NCBI RefSeq assembly: GCF_035084215.1
Contig: NC_090336.1
Coordinates: 58,838,001 to 58,902,000 of the forward strand
Source of the DNA: Heptranchias perlo
Lineage: Eukaryota
Reading direction: 5' to 3'
DNA: 64,000 bases
Of this stretch, positions 37,124 through 49,013 are shown piece after piece. The first letter of the stretch is position 1. Each line of letters begins with the position of its first letter. Under the pieces are notes generated by a model. That model was not told the origin of the DNA. It worked only from the letters and a program-made list of their open reading frames with translations, and made no database searches. The position numbers were made by a program, and so were the translations under genes.

Positions 37124-37572
37124 AGTGTGATTAGGTTTGGCTGTGGAAAGACTTGGCACACAATTATTGAAAAAAACAGGTGCAATATTACGAGATTAGC
37201 ACTTAGGGTTTACAATGAATAATATTCACAAAGTCAAGATTATGCCTTTCTTTCCAATAGATTTTGGTCTGCATTTATTATTCACATTAAGACTCTCTTG
37301 GATTTGTGACAAGACAGAATCCAGGACAAGCAAAGCACTGCAACGAACCTAACTGTGTGTGTGTTACAGATTGTTTGTTAGTTTAAAGGGTAAGTATTAT
37401 CAGTTCTAAGTATGTTTTTTTTCTTTGAATTTTAAGACTGGTAGACATTTATTTATACGGCAGTATCAACATGCAATGTGTTCTGGTTTTAAGTATAAAT
37501 TATGCCTCTCTGTCAATTCAATTATATTGCTTGGTTATTGACTTAAAAACAAGGCTGATAAATGGTTAGTTT

Positions 37573-37820
37573 GAAAGACTCACATTTATACAGTGCCTTA
37601 ACACATCTCTCTCAAAATACAATGACAGTCTTTAAAATGCAGCAACTGTTGCTATGGAGACAAACGTGGAAGCCATTTTTGGCACAGCAAAATCCCACAA
37701 GCACCAATGAGAAGAATCTGTATTTTTTGGTAGTATTGGTCAAAGTTAGCCAGGACAACATGCAAAATCTCTGCTCTTTATTTTTCAATAGTGCTTTGGG
37801 TTCTTTGACATCCACCTGAA
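37573..37820 (-). mobile_element. Diverged DeuSINE
   Basis: aagactcacatttatacagtgcc..gcacagcaaaatcccacaa..acatccacctga. Confidence 0.6.
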
Positions 37821-38360
37821 CATTTTCTGTGAGCTGCATGCATTAGTTTAAAAAGTTAGAATGAAAATTAGCCCCCCTTTGTCTTTTTAAATAGTTTGCA
37901 TTCTCTACAGAACAAGTATATGTAAAACTAATTGAATCAATAGATCTTTTCAGTGCAAGTCATCTAAATAATGTAAAAGATGCATTATATCTACATGAAA
38001 CCTTTATTTTTTTTTGGGGGGGGGGGGCTAGTCGCAATTTCTTTGCCCATATTTCATCTCCCCTGCACCGTTATCTTGGTTCAACAGAGAGAAAAGTCTC
38101 ATTTTTCAGCAATGCTGCCCTAGGCCCCAGGTTCCCATCATACATCCTGGGTCTAGGGTGACAGTTGCACAACTGACTGAACCACTGGTATGTTGGGCGT
38201 GGGCTCCTGCCTTGTAGCTGTCAGCCTGTAAGGCCCGTCTTCCCAGGCTGGGCCGTGATTTAATGGTGGATGAAAACCGCAGGCAGCACAGGTGCTGTAC
38301 ATCAAATCTTCATTGACTGCTGCGAAAGGTTTAATCAGTGCTTTTCTGAATGAGTTTTTG

Positions 38361-38382
38361 CTCTCTCTCTCTCTCTCTCTCT
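38361..38382. repeat. (CT)n microsatellite
   Basis: Direct reading. Confidence 0.9.
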
Positions 38383-38531
38383 GTGCACTCGTTCTCATGA
38401 GTTTTATAGTGGAGGGGAACCAGAATATATATTTTTTATTCATATTTTAAGACAGGCGATAATCCATTTTGCTTTTGTAATTAAATATGTTAGTGTTAGT
38501 TAGCTGAACTGCTTTTGCACCGTAGTGGGTT

Positions 38532-38638
38532 ACACACACATACACGTATGTGCACACACACACATATGTGCACACGCACACACGTACACACATGTGCACA
38601 CACACGCACGCACATGTACACGTATGTACACACACACA
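38532..38638. repeat. Imperfect alternating purine-pyrimidine (CA/TG/CG) tract
   Basis: Direct reading. Confidence 0.9.
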
Positions 38639-38643
38639 GTTTG

Positions 38644-38712
38644 AATCATAGAATGGTTACAGCACAGAAGGAGGCCATTTGGCCCGTTGAGCCCGTGCCG
38701 GCTCTTTGTAAG
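38644..38712 (-). mobile_element. CR1 3' tail
   Basis: aatcatagaatggttacagcacagaaggaggccatt. Confidence 0.75.
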
Positions 38713-39221
38713 AATGCCAGTTGAATGACAATACATAAATAACTCTTATTTGCTTTGTACTTTCTATAACAGCAGTGACTGGGAGTGGGGTTGTGGGGGG
38801 AGGGGGGGGGAAAGAGAAGTATGCATTCCTGTTGGAGCAGTATTACCAAGTAAGTTGCAACACAGGCTGATACGGACACTGAACGACTTCCATTATTCCC
38901 AGCACATAAAGAGTTTCCAGCCTCAGGTGGTGGGGTGCGGGGGGCAGGTGGAGGGGCTGTTTGGGGGTAGAGTGATACAATGAGTGGTAGGTTGGAAAGT
39001 CCCGCACACCTGTGTTACCGATCTCAACTGTACCAATATGGGGAAGCACCGAGAGAAGAGCAGGCCTTGCCCGCAAGAGAATCAGGCTCAGGCCACTCCT
39101 GTACACCTGCCAACACCCACTTGTAGAGCAGCACCAACTGAGGCCTGGGAGCAGGTGTATGCCACGGAAGCCTTTCAGGAAGTATAGAGAATATAAAAAA
39201 TAATAAATATATAAAATGAAA

Positions 39222-39592
39222 AAAAAGAAAGACGTCCATTTCTATAACGCCTTTCATGACCTCAGGACCCCAAAGCGCTTTTACAGCCAATGAAGTACTT
39301 TTGAAGCATAGTCACTGTTGTAATGTAGGAAATGCGGCAGCCAATTTATGCACAGGAAGATCCCAGAAACAGCAATGTGATAATGACCAGATAAAATGTT
39401 TTTTAGTGATGTTGATTGAGGGATAAATATTGCCCCCAGGACACCGGGGAGAACTGCACTGCTCTTCTTCAAAATAGTGCCATGGGATCTTTCATGTGCA
39501 CCTGAGACGGCAGATGGGACCTTGGTTTAACATCTCATCTGAAAGATGGTACCTCCAACAGTGCACTCAGTACTGCTCTGGAGTGTCAGCCT
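39222..39592 (-). mobile_element. DeuSINE (head truncated)
   Basis: Tail and Deu core. Confidence 0.85.
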
Positions 39593-39789
39593 CCAAGCTT
39601 ATGTCAGAAATAATTACTGCCGTACTACTCCCCCCAACCTGGCCAATGGCTCAGTCCGTAAATGCAGCACTTAGTATAGAAAGGTCCTTGTGCTGAGCTA
39701 GCTTCTTGGAGCTTGTCCTTGTTGGTGCGGCCACTATAAATGGGTGACAGGTCCCCCTTGTACATCGTTACCCAGTGATGCCAGCTGGA

Positions 39790-39880
39790 TGAGTGTGTCT
39801 ATGAGTGTGCATATATGTGTGTGTGTACGTGTGCGCGTGTATCTGTGTGTGTGTGTGTGGGTGAGTGTAAGTGTGTGTTT
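39790..39880. repeat. Imperfect (TG)n tract
   Basis: Direct reading. Confidence 0.85.
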
Positions 39881-39924
39881 GCACAGCAGTGAGAGTGACT
39901 GTGATGCCAGCATTCTTGCCAATG

Positions 39925-40755
39925 CATAAAAATATAAGAAATAGGAGCAGGAGTAGGCCATACGGCCCCTCGAGCCTACTCCTCCATTCAATAAGATCGT
40001 GGCTGATCTTCTACCTCAACTCCACTTTCCTGCCGTATACCCATATCCCTTGAGTCCCTTATTGTCCAAAAATCTATTAATCTCGGTCTTGAATATACTC
40101 AACGACTGAGCATCCACAGTCCTCTGGGGTAGAGAATTCCAAAGATTCACAATCCTCTGAGTGAAGAAATTTTTCCTCATCTCTGTCCTAAATGGCCGAC
40201 TCCTCATTTTGAAACTGTGACCCTAGTTCTAGACTCTCCAGCCAAGGCAAAAAGCCTCTCAGCATCTACTCTTTCAAGCCCTCTCGGAATTTTATATGTT
40301 TCAATGAGATCACTTCATTCTTCTAAACTCCAGAGAGTATAGGCCCTTTCTACTCAATCTCTCCTCATAGGACAACCCTCTCATCCCAGGAATCAATCTA
40401 GTGAACCTTCGATGCACCGCCTCTAAGGCAAGTATACCCTTCCTTAGATAAGGAGACCAAAACTGTACATGGTACTCCAGGTGTGGTCTCACCAGAGCCC
40501 TGTATAATTGCAGCAAGACCTCCTTACTCTTATACTCCAATCCCCTTGCAATAAAGGCTAACATATCATTTACCTTCCTAATTGCATGCTGTACCTGCAT
40601 GTTAACTTTCTGTGATTCATGTACAAGGACACCCAAATCCTCTGAATACCACCATTTCTTAGGCTCTCACCTTTTAAAAAATATTCTGCTTTTCTATTCT
40701 TCCCACCAAAGTGGATAATTTCACATTTCCTCACAGTATGCTCCATCTGCTACCT
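39925..40755 (-). mobile_element. CR1 LINE 3' fragment
   Basis: LYRALVRPHLEY..FWSPYL..LYSLEFRR; FFTQRIVNLWNSLP. Confidence 0.92.
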
Positions 40756-41115
40756 TGACTTTTACTATTCTATAGATTTGAGGGTCTGCTGTCACTGATT
40801 TCACAATAGCTATGTTTATGAGCAGATACAAAGACAAGATCAGGATTATTTGAGTGTGTTTGTTTTTGGATAGCTTGTAAAGGACCAGTAAACTTGAATT
40901 AGAACCCTGTGGGCTAGTTGCTTGCTGTTATGGATTTCTTTTCTTCCTGTATGTTTGAGCACTGTTGTTAATATAATAAATTTCTTGTACTCCATCCAGA
41001 TGCTTCAAAAACGTGGCCTTTCCTAAAGTGCCTTCTATTAAGGTGATAGGAACATAGGAATCGCTAGACGAGAAAAGACCAAGGTCCATCTAGTTCCCCT
41101 TCCACCATCCTGGTA

Positions 41116-41320
41116 TGGAGATGCTGGTGATGGACTGGGGTGGACAAATGTAAGGAGTCTTACAACACCAGGTTATAGTCCAACAGTTTTATTTTGGAGC
41201 TTACCTCCTTCATCAGGTGAGTGAGGGGTCACCTGACGAAGGAGGTAAGCTCCGAAAGCTTGTGATTTTCAAATAAAACTGTTGGACTATTACCTGGTGT
41301 TGTAAGATTCCTTACATTTG
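41116..41320. mobile_element. Penelope-like element remnant: palindromic pLTR insertion
   Basis: Arms 41145-41220 and 41229-41320 are reverse complements; 12-bp direct repeat accatcctggta at 41104-41115 and 41321-41332. Confidence 0.8.
41229..41265 (+). ncRNA. Minimal type I hammerhead ribozyme motif (Penelope-associated)
   Basis: TCAC-CTGACGA-A-GGAG-gtaag-CTCC-GAAA-GC-TT-GTGA: helix I TCAC/GTGA, core CUGAnGA and GAAA, helix II GGAG/CTCC, palindromic AAGCTT in place of helix III. Confidence 0.7.
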
Positions 41321-42532
41321 ACCATCCTGGTAGTCACATGATACAACGATGATGGAGTTGTTGATTAATCAGAGCAATCAATCAGTCTACAACAGACCCA
41401 GAAATGAGGTGAGGAAAACCCCCAGTTGTGGAGAGATTTGGGAACCATAGGTCCAAAGTTACCTTTCCCCCCCCAATCATCCTACATTTACCACATGTCA
41501 TGTCTCAAATTACTCATATACCATATCCCAGAATGTTACTTTCTGAAAGAAATCTATTCAATTTTTATTTGAAAGAATCAATATTAACTGCTTTCACCAA
41601 CCCCGTAAAGAGCCTTTCCCCTAAATTTACCACCCACTCACTGAAATAACCTCACATGGCACCACCATGTTTGCAGCAGCTGTCACTGGGCTGCTCCATC
41701 ACTTGCCTGCAGACTTACACCTCTGCCTTCCTTTATGTTTGCCTACCATTTCTTAGTTCTTCAGCGTTGGCGAAGGCTGCTGATGAGTTGAGGGGTTTCC
41801 TGATGCTCCCTAAAGGCCTTCAGACTTTTTGTCCACCCCCCCCCCAACATTGGCATTCCCCTTTAATCATTCTCATCCCTTTAATTCTGACTTCTGCAGA
41901 ATTTTCCGTACCCACTGGTTTCTTCTCCACGCCCATCTGAGTTTGCACCTGTTGCTAGGAATAATTATGCCAATAAGCTTAGACCGGAGAATTGGGTGCT
42001 ATTTACATGTGAACTTTTGAATGTGATTTGCATCTGTTCCGTATCATTTATGGCTGACATGGACCTGCAGACAAAAAATTACCCCAATATCTATAGTGAT
42101 TCCCCAATGTGAAAACTGTGATCTTATTTTAAACACGCAAAGGGACAAGCTCAGGTCAGGCAGAAAACTGACTGACTTGTAACTTGCACGCAGTGACCTT
42201 ATCTTCTGCGGGAGGCAGCAGCAAGATTCACCAGGTGGCAGTGGATTGATTGGGTTAGACTGATGTGTGAGACAAGATGGCTCCTTCCTCACATTAGTGG
42301 ACAGCTATATAATCCATCGCTAATTATCCAAGTTATTGGACTGTGAAGTAATGAAGGATTAATTAACATTTCCACGTGTGTTTTCCTGATCTTCCACCGG
42401 GTTTTCAGCAGGAGATTGGCAGAAATCCTGGAGAAAAGGTGCAAATGGCCATTTTATGCCATTTCTGTAGGGCTTCTTATGAAGTTGCAATGGGAGATTG
42501 ACAGAATCCCAGCAGAAATTCTACACCATTAT

Positions 42533-42858
42533 AGAAAGAAGAAAAGACTTGCATTTATCTGGAATACACTGCCTGAAAGAGTGGTGGAAGCAGATTTAAT
42601 AATAACTTTCAAAAGGGAATTGCATAAATACTTGAAAGGGGAAAATTTGCACAGCTGTGGGGAAAGAGCAGGGGAATGGCACTAATTGGATTGCTCTTTG
42701 AAAGAGCCGGCACAGGCACGATGGGCTGAATGGCCTCCTTCTGTGCTGTATCATTCTATGATTCTATGATAGAGCGCCTTTGATGACCTCAGGACATCCC
42801 AAAGCGCCTTACAGCCAATGAAGTACTTTTGAAGTGTAGTTACTATTGTAATGTAGGA
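42533..42858 (-). mobile_element. DeuSINE tail split by a CR1
   Basis: aagacttgcatttat | (CR1) | agcgcctttgatgacctcagg. Confidence 0.75.
42558..42770 (+). mobile_element. CR1 3' fragment
   Basis: IWNTLPERVVEADLIITFKREL; attctatg tail. Confidence 0.88.
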
Positions 42859-43993
42859 TATAATGGCATTATATCAAATGCCAGTAGATAGCAATGGTAA
42901 GGTTAATGCATGATGAATAGATTACCATAGAACACAGTTGTTTCATGACCTAAGTCAAGTTTGAGTTGATTGCCTTGGGTTTGAGTTAAATGTTTCCCAA
43001 ACTGAGACAGATTTAGATTTTCGTTAACACAAGGTTGTACTTTTTTTTTATTGCTTAAACCCTTTTTTAGCCCTTCAAATCTAACAAGAAAAAAATAGGC
43101 TGAAAGTCTTGTGCAGTTGTCATGGGGGTCAACTTGTGACAGGTACAGCTCCATGAGTTTAAGGGATTTTTAAAATCATTTTTAAGGAAGTCCTTGTTGG
43201 AGTTGTCGTCAGCCTTGTTCCTGTATGTACCTTAAAATTTTTTTAACTCTTTCCGTGTGTGGTGTGCGCTGCTCTTAATCAGAAGAAACTGAGGGAAGTA
43301 AATGCAATTTTGAAAAATGACTATTGTGATCGGCTGAATGAGGCAACTGGAGTAGAAATCTTTTACTTTAATTTAGAAAAAAATTTAGTTCAACCTTTCC
43401 CCCTCAAAAAAAAGGAGTCAATTTATCAGAGTAACTCCAATCAGCAGTACATTTTCCTCAGAAATCAAAGAAATGGTCTTTCCCTGACCAGGCCGAATTT
43501 CTTTCTATAAAATGTACTCAGTGCATTGGACCTAATTGTGTGAAGTACAGCTTAGGGATCAGTGAACCAGCCCCAAGTTCAGTGGGTTAACCTGAACTGA
43601 CCCCAGTCCATCAGACTCAATGAAAGGCTTCGGTCCCCATTCCATCCCGCACATTTCAAGGTCCAACAGTTAAATCCTGATGCAACGTGTCAAGGAATCT
43701 AATTCATAGCTTAGCTCCCCTCAGTTTGATTTAGCTCGCCATAAGCCACCTCCCATTCAGTCTACTTTACAGATGTTCCCAGCAATCAATCTTTAGCCCT
43801 GCAGGACTCCTTTATGAGGGTGTGTTACCCTCCATTGACAGCAACCCACCCCACCCCCACCCCCCGCAACTGATTTCAATTGCTTACTAGAGGCTGAAAT
43901 TCCATTGCCAGCGTCATTGTGGTTTATGTGACAACGCCAATTGTGCCAGAACAGCAGCTTACCAACTGCCCTGAAATTTCTGTTCCAGTTCGG

Positions 43994-44212
43994 TTGAATA
44001 ATTATGCAGAGCTACCTGCAGCTTATTTGAATAATTATGCAGAGCTACCTGCAGCTCATTTGAATAATTATGCAGAGCTGCCTGCACAGCCCACTCCAGC
44101 TCATTTGAATAATTATGCGGAGCAACCTGCAGCTCATTTGAATAATTATGCAGAGCAGCCCGCACAACCCACTCCAGCTTATTTGAATAATTATTGGGAG
44201 CTGCTCGCACAG
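43994..44212. repeat. Minisatellite, 33/45-bp units, ~6 copies
   Basis: Unit ttgaataattatgcagagctacctgcagct(c/t)at. Confidence 0.92.
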
Positions 44213-44504
44213 CTTTGCCCTTGTGCAGGGAGAAAGCCCAATGGGGCAAAAGGCCCAAATTAAAGGGACGCGTGCAATTAAAGGGGAATGACTGAATATG
44301 GGGAGAATATTTATTTCAGTTTTGTATTTATTAATTTCTGATATTTGTGAACCTTGGCTAAGGCTGGGGGTGTGGGGGGGGGTGACAATTATAGTACAAA
44401 AATGAAGTGAAAGGAACCCCTAGTTTTACAGTGGTCAGGTTGCGCCAATGATGCAACGCATTGGAAATTACGAGGCGACAAAGACATGTTCCAAAATATA
44501 TTAA

Positions 44505-44790
44505 ATTAAAGACACTAATGAGGCTTGTGCCACGAAGCAGAGTTAGAGGGGCGATGAGGACAATTTTTTTTTAACGCAGTGAGTTGTTATGATCTGGAAT
44601 GCGCTGCCTGAAAGGGTGGTGGAAGCGGATTCAATAGTAACTTTCAAAAGGGAATTGGATAAATACTTGAAGGGAGAAAAGTTGCAGGATTATGGAGAAA
44701 GAGCAGGGGGAGTGGGACTAATTGGATAGCTCTTTCAAAGAGGCATGATGGGCTGAATGGCCTCCTTCTGTGATATATGATTCTACCATA
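44505..44790 (+). mobile_element. CR1 3' fragment
   Basis: ctggaatgcgctgcctgaaagggtggtggaagcgg...gaatggcctccttctgtg. Confidence 0.85.
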
Positions 44791-45014
44791 GTTTCTTGCT
44801 CCCCTAGTGCAAAGCCTGGAACAGTGCGCTTAAAATAAAAATTGATGCTTAAGCCTCTGCCCTCGGCCTTCACCTCCTCTGCACCTGGTTCAAACCTGTG
44901 CTGCTAATGCATTGGGAGTGCCTTGGCTGGTGGCTGACAGCAGCCAGTAGAGTCACCTCTTCTGATTTTTCTTCCCTTCCCTTCCTCACACTTGGGGAGA
45001 TGGTTGGCCGTTGT

Positions 45015-45260
45015 CTGACACCTGGCTCAGTGGTAGCATTCCTGCCTCTGAGCCAGAAGGTGCAGGCTTTGAACCCCAAGAGTGGAGGCTGGAGCTTGGC
45101 TCTGAATGCTGGGTTGACATCTACTGGGATATTCGTGTCCCCCCCCCCCCCCCGCCCCCGCACCATCGGATGGGTTGTGTGTGCCCATAAAACCCTCCCG
45201 CCGTATAGGACTAACCACGCTATTGGCTGGTATAAAGATGGTTACGGCCATGGAAGGAGC
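45015..45260 (+). mobile_element. tRNA-headed SINE, third family
   Basis: Homologous to 26595-26750. Confidence 0.6.
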
Positions 45261-45902
45261 GTTCATATTGCAGCCTGCCAGACTGTTAATCAGCCTGCAC
45301 ATCTTTCCACTATTCTCCGAAGGAAGAGTGTGAAGATACGAAAAGAGCAACAACCCTCCACAAAAATACTAGTGTTCCACCATTATTGTGCAAAGTGTGG
45401 GGTAGGTTTTCCTGACATTCCCTCCCCCCCCCCCCCCCACCCCAGTCTAGGCTGAGGTATGGCAGAATTCCCTGTTCCAGTCTGATGAGGTGGGCTAAGT
45501 GTATCCCTGGCAGAGTCTCGTGCTGACGAAGGAGGGAGGAAATTGGGGTACAGCTGCAGGCAGCCTGCCTCATTTACATGATAATGATGGGCCTGTGCCT
45601 ATTGTGGGCACTGGCCCAACTCTTCCCCCCTGGGGAAATTCAGGAAATCCTAGGACAATGTAAACAGGGCAGTGACCCAACAGAATTGGTTTAAAAATGG
45701 CATCCTTCTAAAGAAAGCACCTTGTAACTGATGATTCAACAATCCCTAAACTGCATTCTTCAAAAATAATTTTTTCCCAAGAAATCAATTTTTTCTCAAG
45801 TTTATACAGCTGAAATTCTAGCTCTTGACCTGAATCCATCCACATCAGGGATGCAAGGTTCAGGAGATGTTTCTGGAGATAAGCGCCTTGGGACGTTTTA
45901 CT

Positions 45903-46258
45903 ACAACAACTCGCATTTATATAGCGCATTTAACGTGGTAAAAACACCTCAAAGTGCTTCACAGGAGCGTTATCAGAGAAATTTTGACACCGAGCCATAT
46001 AAAGAGGTGTTAGGATAGATGACCAAAAGCTTGGTCAAAGAGGTAGGTTTTAAGGAGCGACTTAAAGGAGGAGAGAGAGGTAGAGAGGTGGAGAGGTTTA
46101 AGGAGGGAATTCCAGAGTTTAGAGCCTAGGCAGCTGCAAGGCACGGCCGCCAATGGTGGTGCGATTAAAATCAGGGATGCGCAAGAGGCAAGAATTGGAG
46201 GAGCGCAGAGATCTCAAAGGGTTGTAGGGCTGGAGGAGGTTACAGAGATAGGGAGGGG
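45903..46258 (-). mobile_element. L2 LINE 3' fragment
   Basis: L2 consensus on the minus strand, flanked by plus-strand L2 tail pieces. Confidence 0.88.
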
Positions 46259-46599
46259 TTGTTGTTGTTGTTGGTGCATTTGCTTATTTACAGTTCAGAT
46301 ATGCTGTAATTTAATTCCAAATATCAGGATTTTGTTTTTCCAAGCTTTTATCAGGCTCTGACAAGCAATGTGTTTTTACTGACAGAGGGGGCGTTGTTGG
46401 AGGTGGTCGGATATTATTCACATTGCCCTTTTACTAACTGTAAGGGATCCTGAACGTGTATAGGTATACTGTTAAATTTTAAACTATTAGAGGACGAAAA
46501 CACATAGCTCATCAAAGAATGTCAAAGATTTCCCTGCAAATCTTTCTCCCTGTTTTTTATCTTCCCGATGGTGCCACATCTTCGGGGCAGGTGAAATAT

Positions 46600-46865
46600 T
46601 CCAGCTATGGCCTTTTCTACAACAATGGCCGTTCTGCTGTTGCCCGACAGGAACCCCGATTCTGATAGACCAAGCTACTTGGGCTCAGTACACACTCCCC
46701 CACACAGGGTGAGACGACTGGCCTTCATCCACACCCTCGTCTAGACTCCAGTGAAGTTCATTCAACTAAATGCAAGTGAGCTGGCAGTGACAGGCAGCTT
46801 TGACTCAAATCTATGACCTCCTGGTTAGGAGTCAAGTGCTTGAACTACTAGGCGACCATAGCTGT
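46600..46865 (-). mobile_element. Degenerate tRNA-headed SINE
   Basis: rc GGTCGCCTAGTAGTTCAAGCACTTGACTCCTAACCAGGAGGTCATAGATTTGAGTC is tRNA-like; 3' extent uncertain. Confidence 0.4.
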
Positions 46866-46885
46866 AAACGTTCTTAATTTTTCTT

Positions 46886-47352
46886 AAAAAGAAAAAGGCA
46901 TTTATATAGCATCTTTCAGAACCTCGGGACACGGCAAAGCGCCTTACAGCCAACAAAGTACGTTTGAAGAGCAGTCACCATTGTAATGTAGGAAATGCAG
47001 CAGCCAATTTGCACACAGTAAGGTCTCACAAACAGCAATGTGACAATGACCAGATAATTTGTTTTTTTTAGTGATGTTGGTTGAGGGATTAGTTGGCTAG
47101 GACACCAGGGGAGAACTCCCAGGTACTCCTTCAAAATAGTGCCATGTGATCTTTTAAGTTCTAGCTATGATGGCAGGCAGGGCTTTGGTTTAATATCTTA
47201 TCAGAAAGATGGCACCTCCAACAGTACAGCACACCCTCTGCACAGGGAGTGTTAGCCTAGATTATGTGCACAAGTCCCTGGAGCAGGCCTCAAACCCACA
47301 ACCTTCTGACTCAGAGAGGCGAGAGTGCTACCCACTGAGCCACAGCTGACAC
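46886..47352 (-). mobile_element. DeuSINE, full length
   Basis: Tail, Deu core and head. Confidence 0.88.
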
Positions 47353-47407
47353 CTACAGCCTCAGTTGGACAAATGGGAAGTGCTCCAACAACTTGACAAT
47401 CAGAACG

Positions 47408-47665
47408 ATTGTCTCGGTCAACGCACTTGCAATGGCGAAAGATATACAGGAAGTTGCTGATGATAATATACAATGGTATCAAGGTTCTTATAAGTAATTT
47501 TGTACCCAGCGTTGCAAGTTCACGTTCACAGAATCACCGGGTATTGAAAGCCAGAGAGTAGCTGAAACCATTCCAAAAGAACACAGACTGCCAGAACACC
47601 ATTTGATACAGGATATTACAGTCAGATGGAACAAATTTTCTCTGCTTCTAGTTGAGCAAACAAGG
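47408..47665 (+). pseudogene. Decayed hAT (Ac/ZBED-type) transposase fragment
   Basis: Stop-free frame 47498-47761 contains KEHRLPEHHLIQDITVRWN..LLVEQ, matching the hAT motif LPxHxLIQDVxTRWNS...L.EQ. Confidence 0.65.
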
Positions 47666-48187
47666 CACTGGAATAAAACATTAGTAGCAAACGTAATTGT
47701 GGATCATCAGCAGCCGATTAATCTGCCGAAGTTGTTTTTTTTTAAAAAATCACACCCGTAATCTGAACTGCACCATCTCTCTCTGTCTTTCTGCCAAGTG
47801 TCCTACTGCACATACTCTCCAGAACCTAACACAAGGTTTGAGAAAGAGAATTGCTCAGGTCTCAGCCGCTGATGGAACTTTTTTCCTGACTGACTCTGAA
47901 GATGATTCAGCTCCAAATTTTTTTTAAGCTGCATTATTTGATTCTTAAGCCTTAAGTAATAAAAAAAATATAAACCAGATGGGGGCCCTCAAAACAGTTC
48001 AAGGACTAATTTGTCAGGAAGATCCACACAATCCAAGTCCTGCCAGATCGTGGCAGATCAACTCAATTTATTTGGCTGTCACATAATCAGTTTTATAGGA
48101 GCCAACTGAATCATCACCCACAAAAGAAACTGCAAATCGTAGCACCTCTGTCATGTTGTGTAAAACCCGATTATAATATATATACTT

Positions 48188-48620
48188 TTTTAATTCATTC
48201 TGGGATGTGGACATCGCTGGCAAGGCTGGCATTTATTGCCCATCCCTCGTTGCCCTTGAGGAGGTGGTGGTGAGCCTTCTTCTTGAACCGCTGCAGTCCG
48301 TGTGGTGATGGTACTCCCACAGTGCTGTTGGTTGAGAGTTCCAGGATTTTGACCCAGTGACCATGAAGGAATGGCGATATATGTCCAAGTTGGGATGGTG
48401 TGTGACTTGGAGGTGGTGTTGTTCCCATACACCTACTGCCCTTGTCCTTCTAGCTGGTAGAGGTCGCGGGTTTGGGAGGTGCTGTTGAAGAAACCTTGGC
48501 GAGTTGCAGCAGTGCATCCTCCATCCAGGCAAGTGGAGAGTATTCCATCACACTCCTGACATGTGCCTTGTAGGTGCTGGAGAAGTTTTAGGGAGTCAGG
48601 AGGTGAGTCACTCACCACAG
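48188..48620 (-). mobile_element. HHHLL-family LINE 3' fragment
   Basis: Minus ORF NSTVGVPSPHGLQRFKKKAHHHLLKGN. Confidence 0.85.
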
Positions 48621-48859
48621 AATCCTTACTGGCTTTCTTTAGCACATTTGTGCAAAAATAAAAATGGAAAGAGAAGCAGGGTGATTGAGTGGTCTAATCC
48701 AGATCTTCAAACTGTTTTGGGGGCTTTGGAAAACCAGACGAAGGCCAGACCAGACAGTTTAGTGAAGGTGAAAGTAACCAGTGGGTTCAGGATTCACTCA
48801 AATGATAACAGCAGATGTATCAAAAATGGATAAGGAAAATAATTATGTAGACAAACGCT

Positions 48860-49013
48860 GGGGATGGGATAAGTACTTGAAAAGGAAAAATTTACAGGGC
48901 TATGGGGAAAGAGCAGGGGAGTGGGACTAATTGGATAGCTCTTCCAAAGAGCCTGCACAGGCACGATGGGCCGAATGGCCTCTGTCTGTGCTGTATCATT
49001 CCATGATTCTATG
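48860..49013 (+). mobile_element. CR1 3' tail
   Basis: ggataagtacttgaaaagg..ggggaaagagcaggggagtggg..gattctatg. Confidence 0.82.

Larger units (their letters stand above)
41052..41645 (-). mobile_element. Old CR1-like 3' end (host of the Penelope insertion)
   Basis: aacataggaa..aaagaccaaggtccatctagttc tail; cctttcc..aaatttaccacccactcactgaa (rc of RVVNLW-like) at ~41610-41645. Confidence 0.45.

Noticed and set aside
43919-44263. 114-aa repetitive ORF as a protein-coding gene
   Set aside because: Explained by a minisatellite with unit lengths divisible by 3; no recognisable domain or splice context
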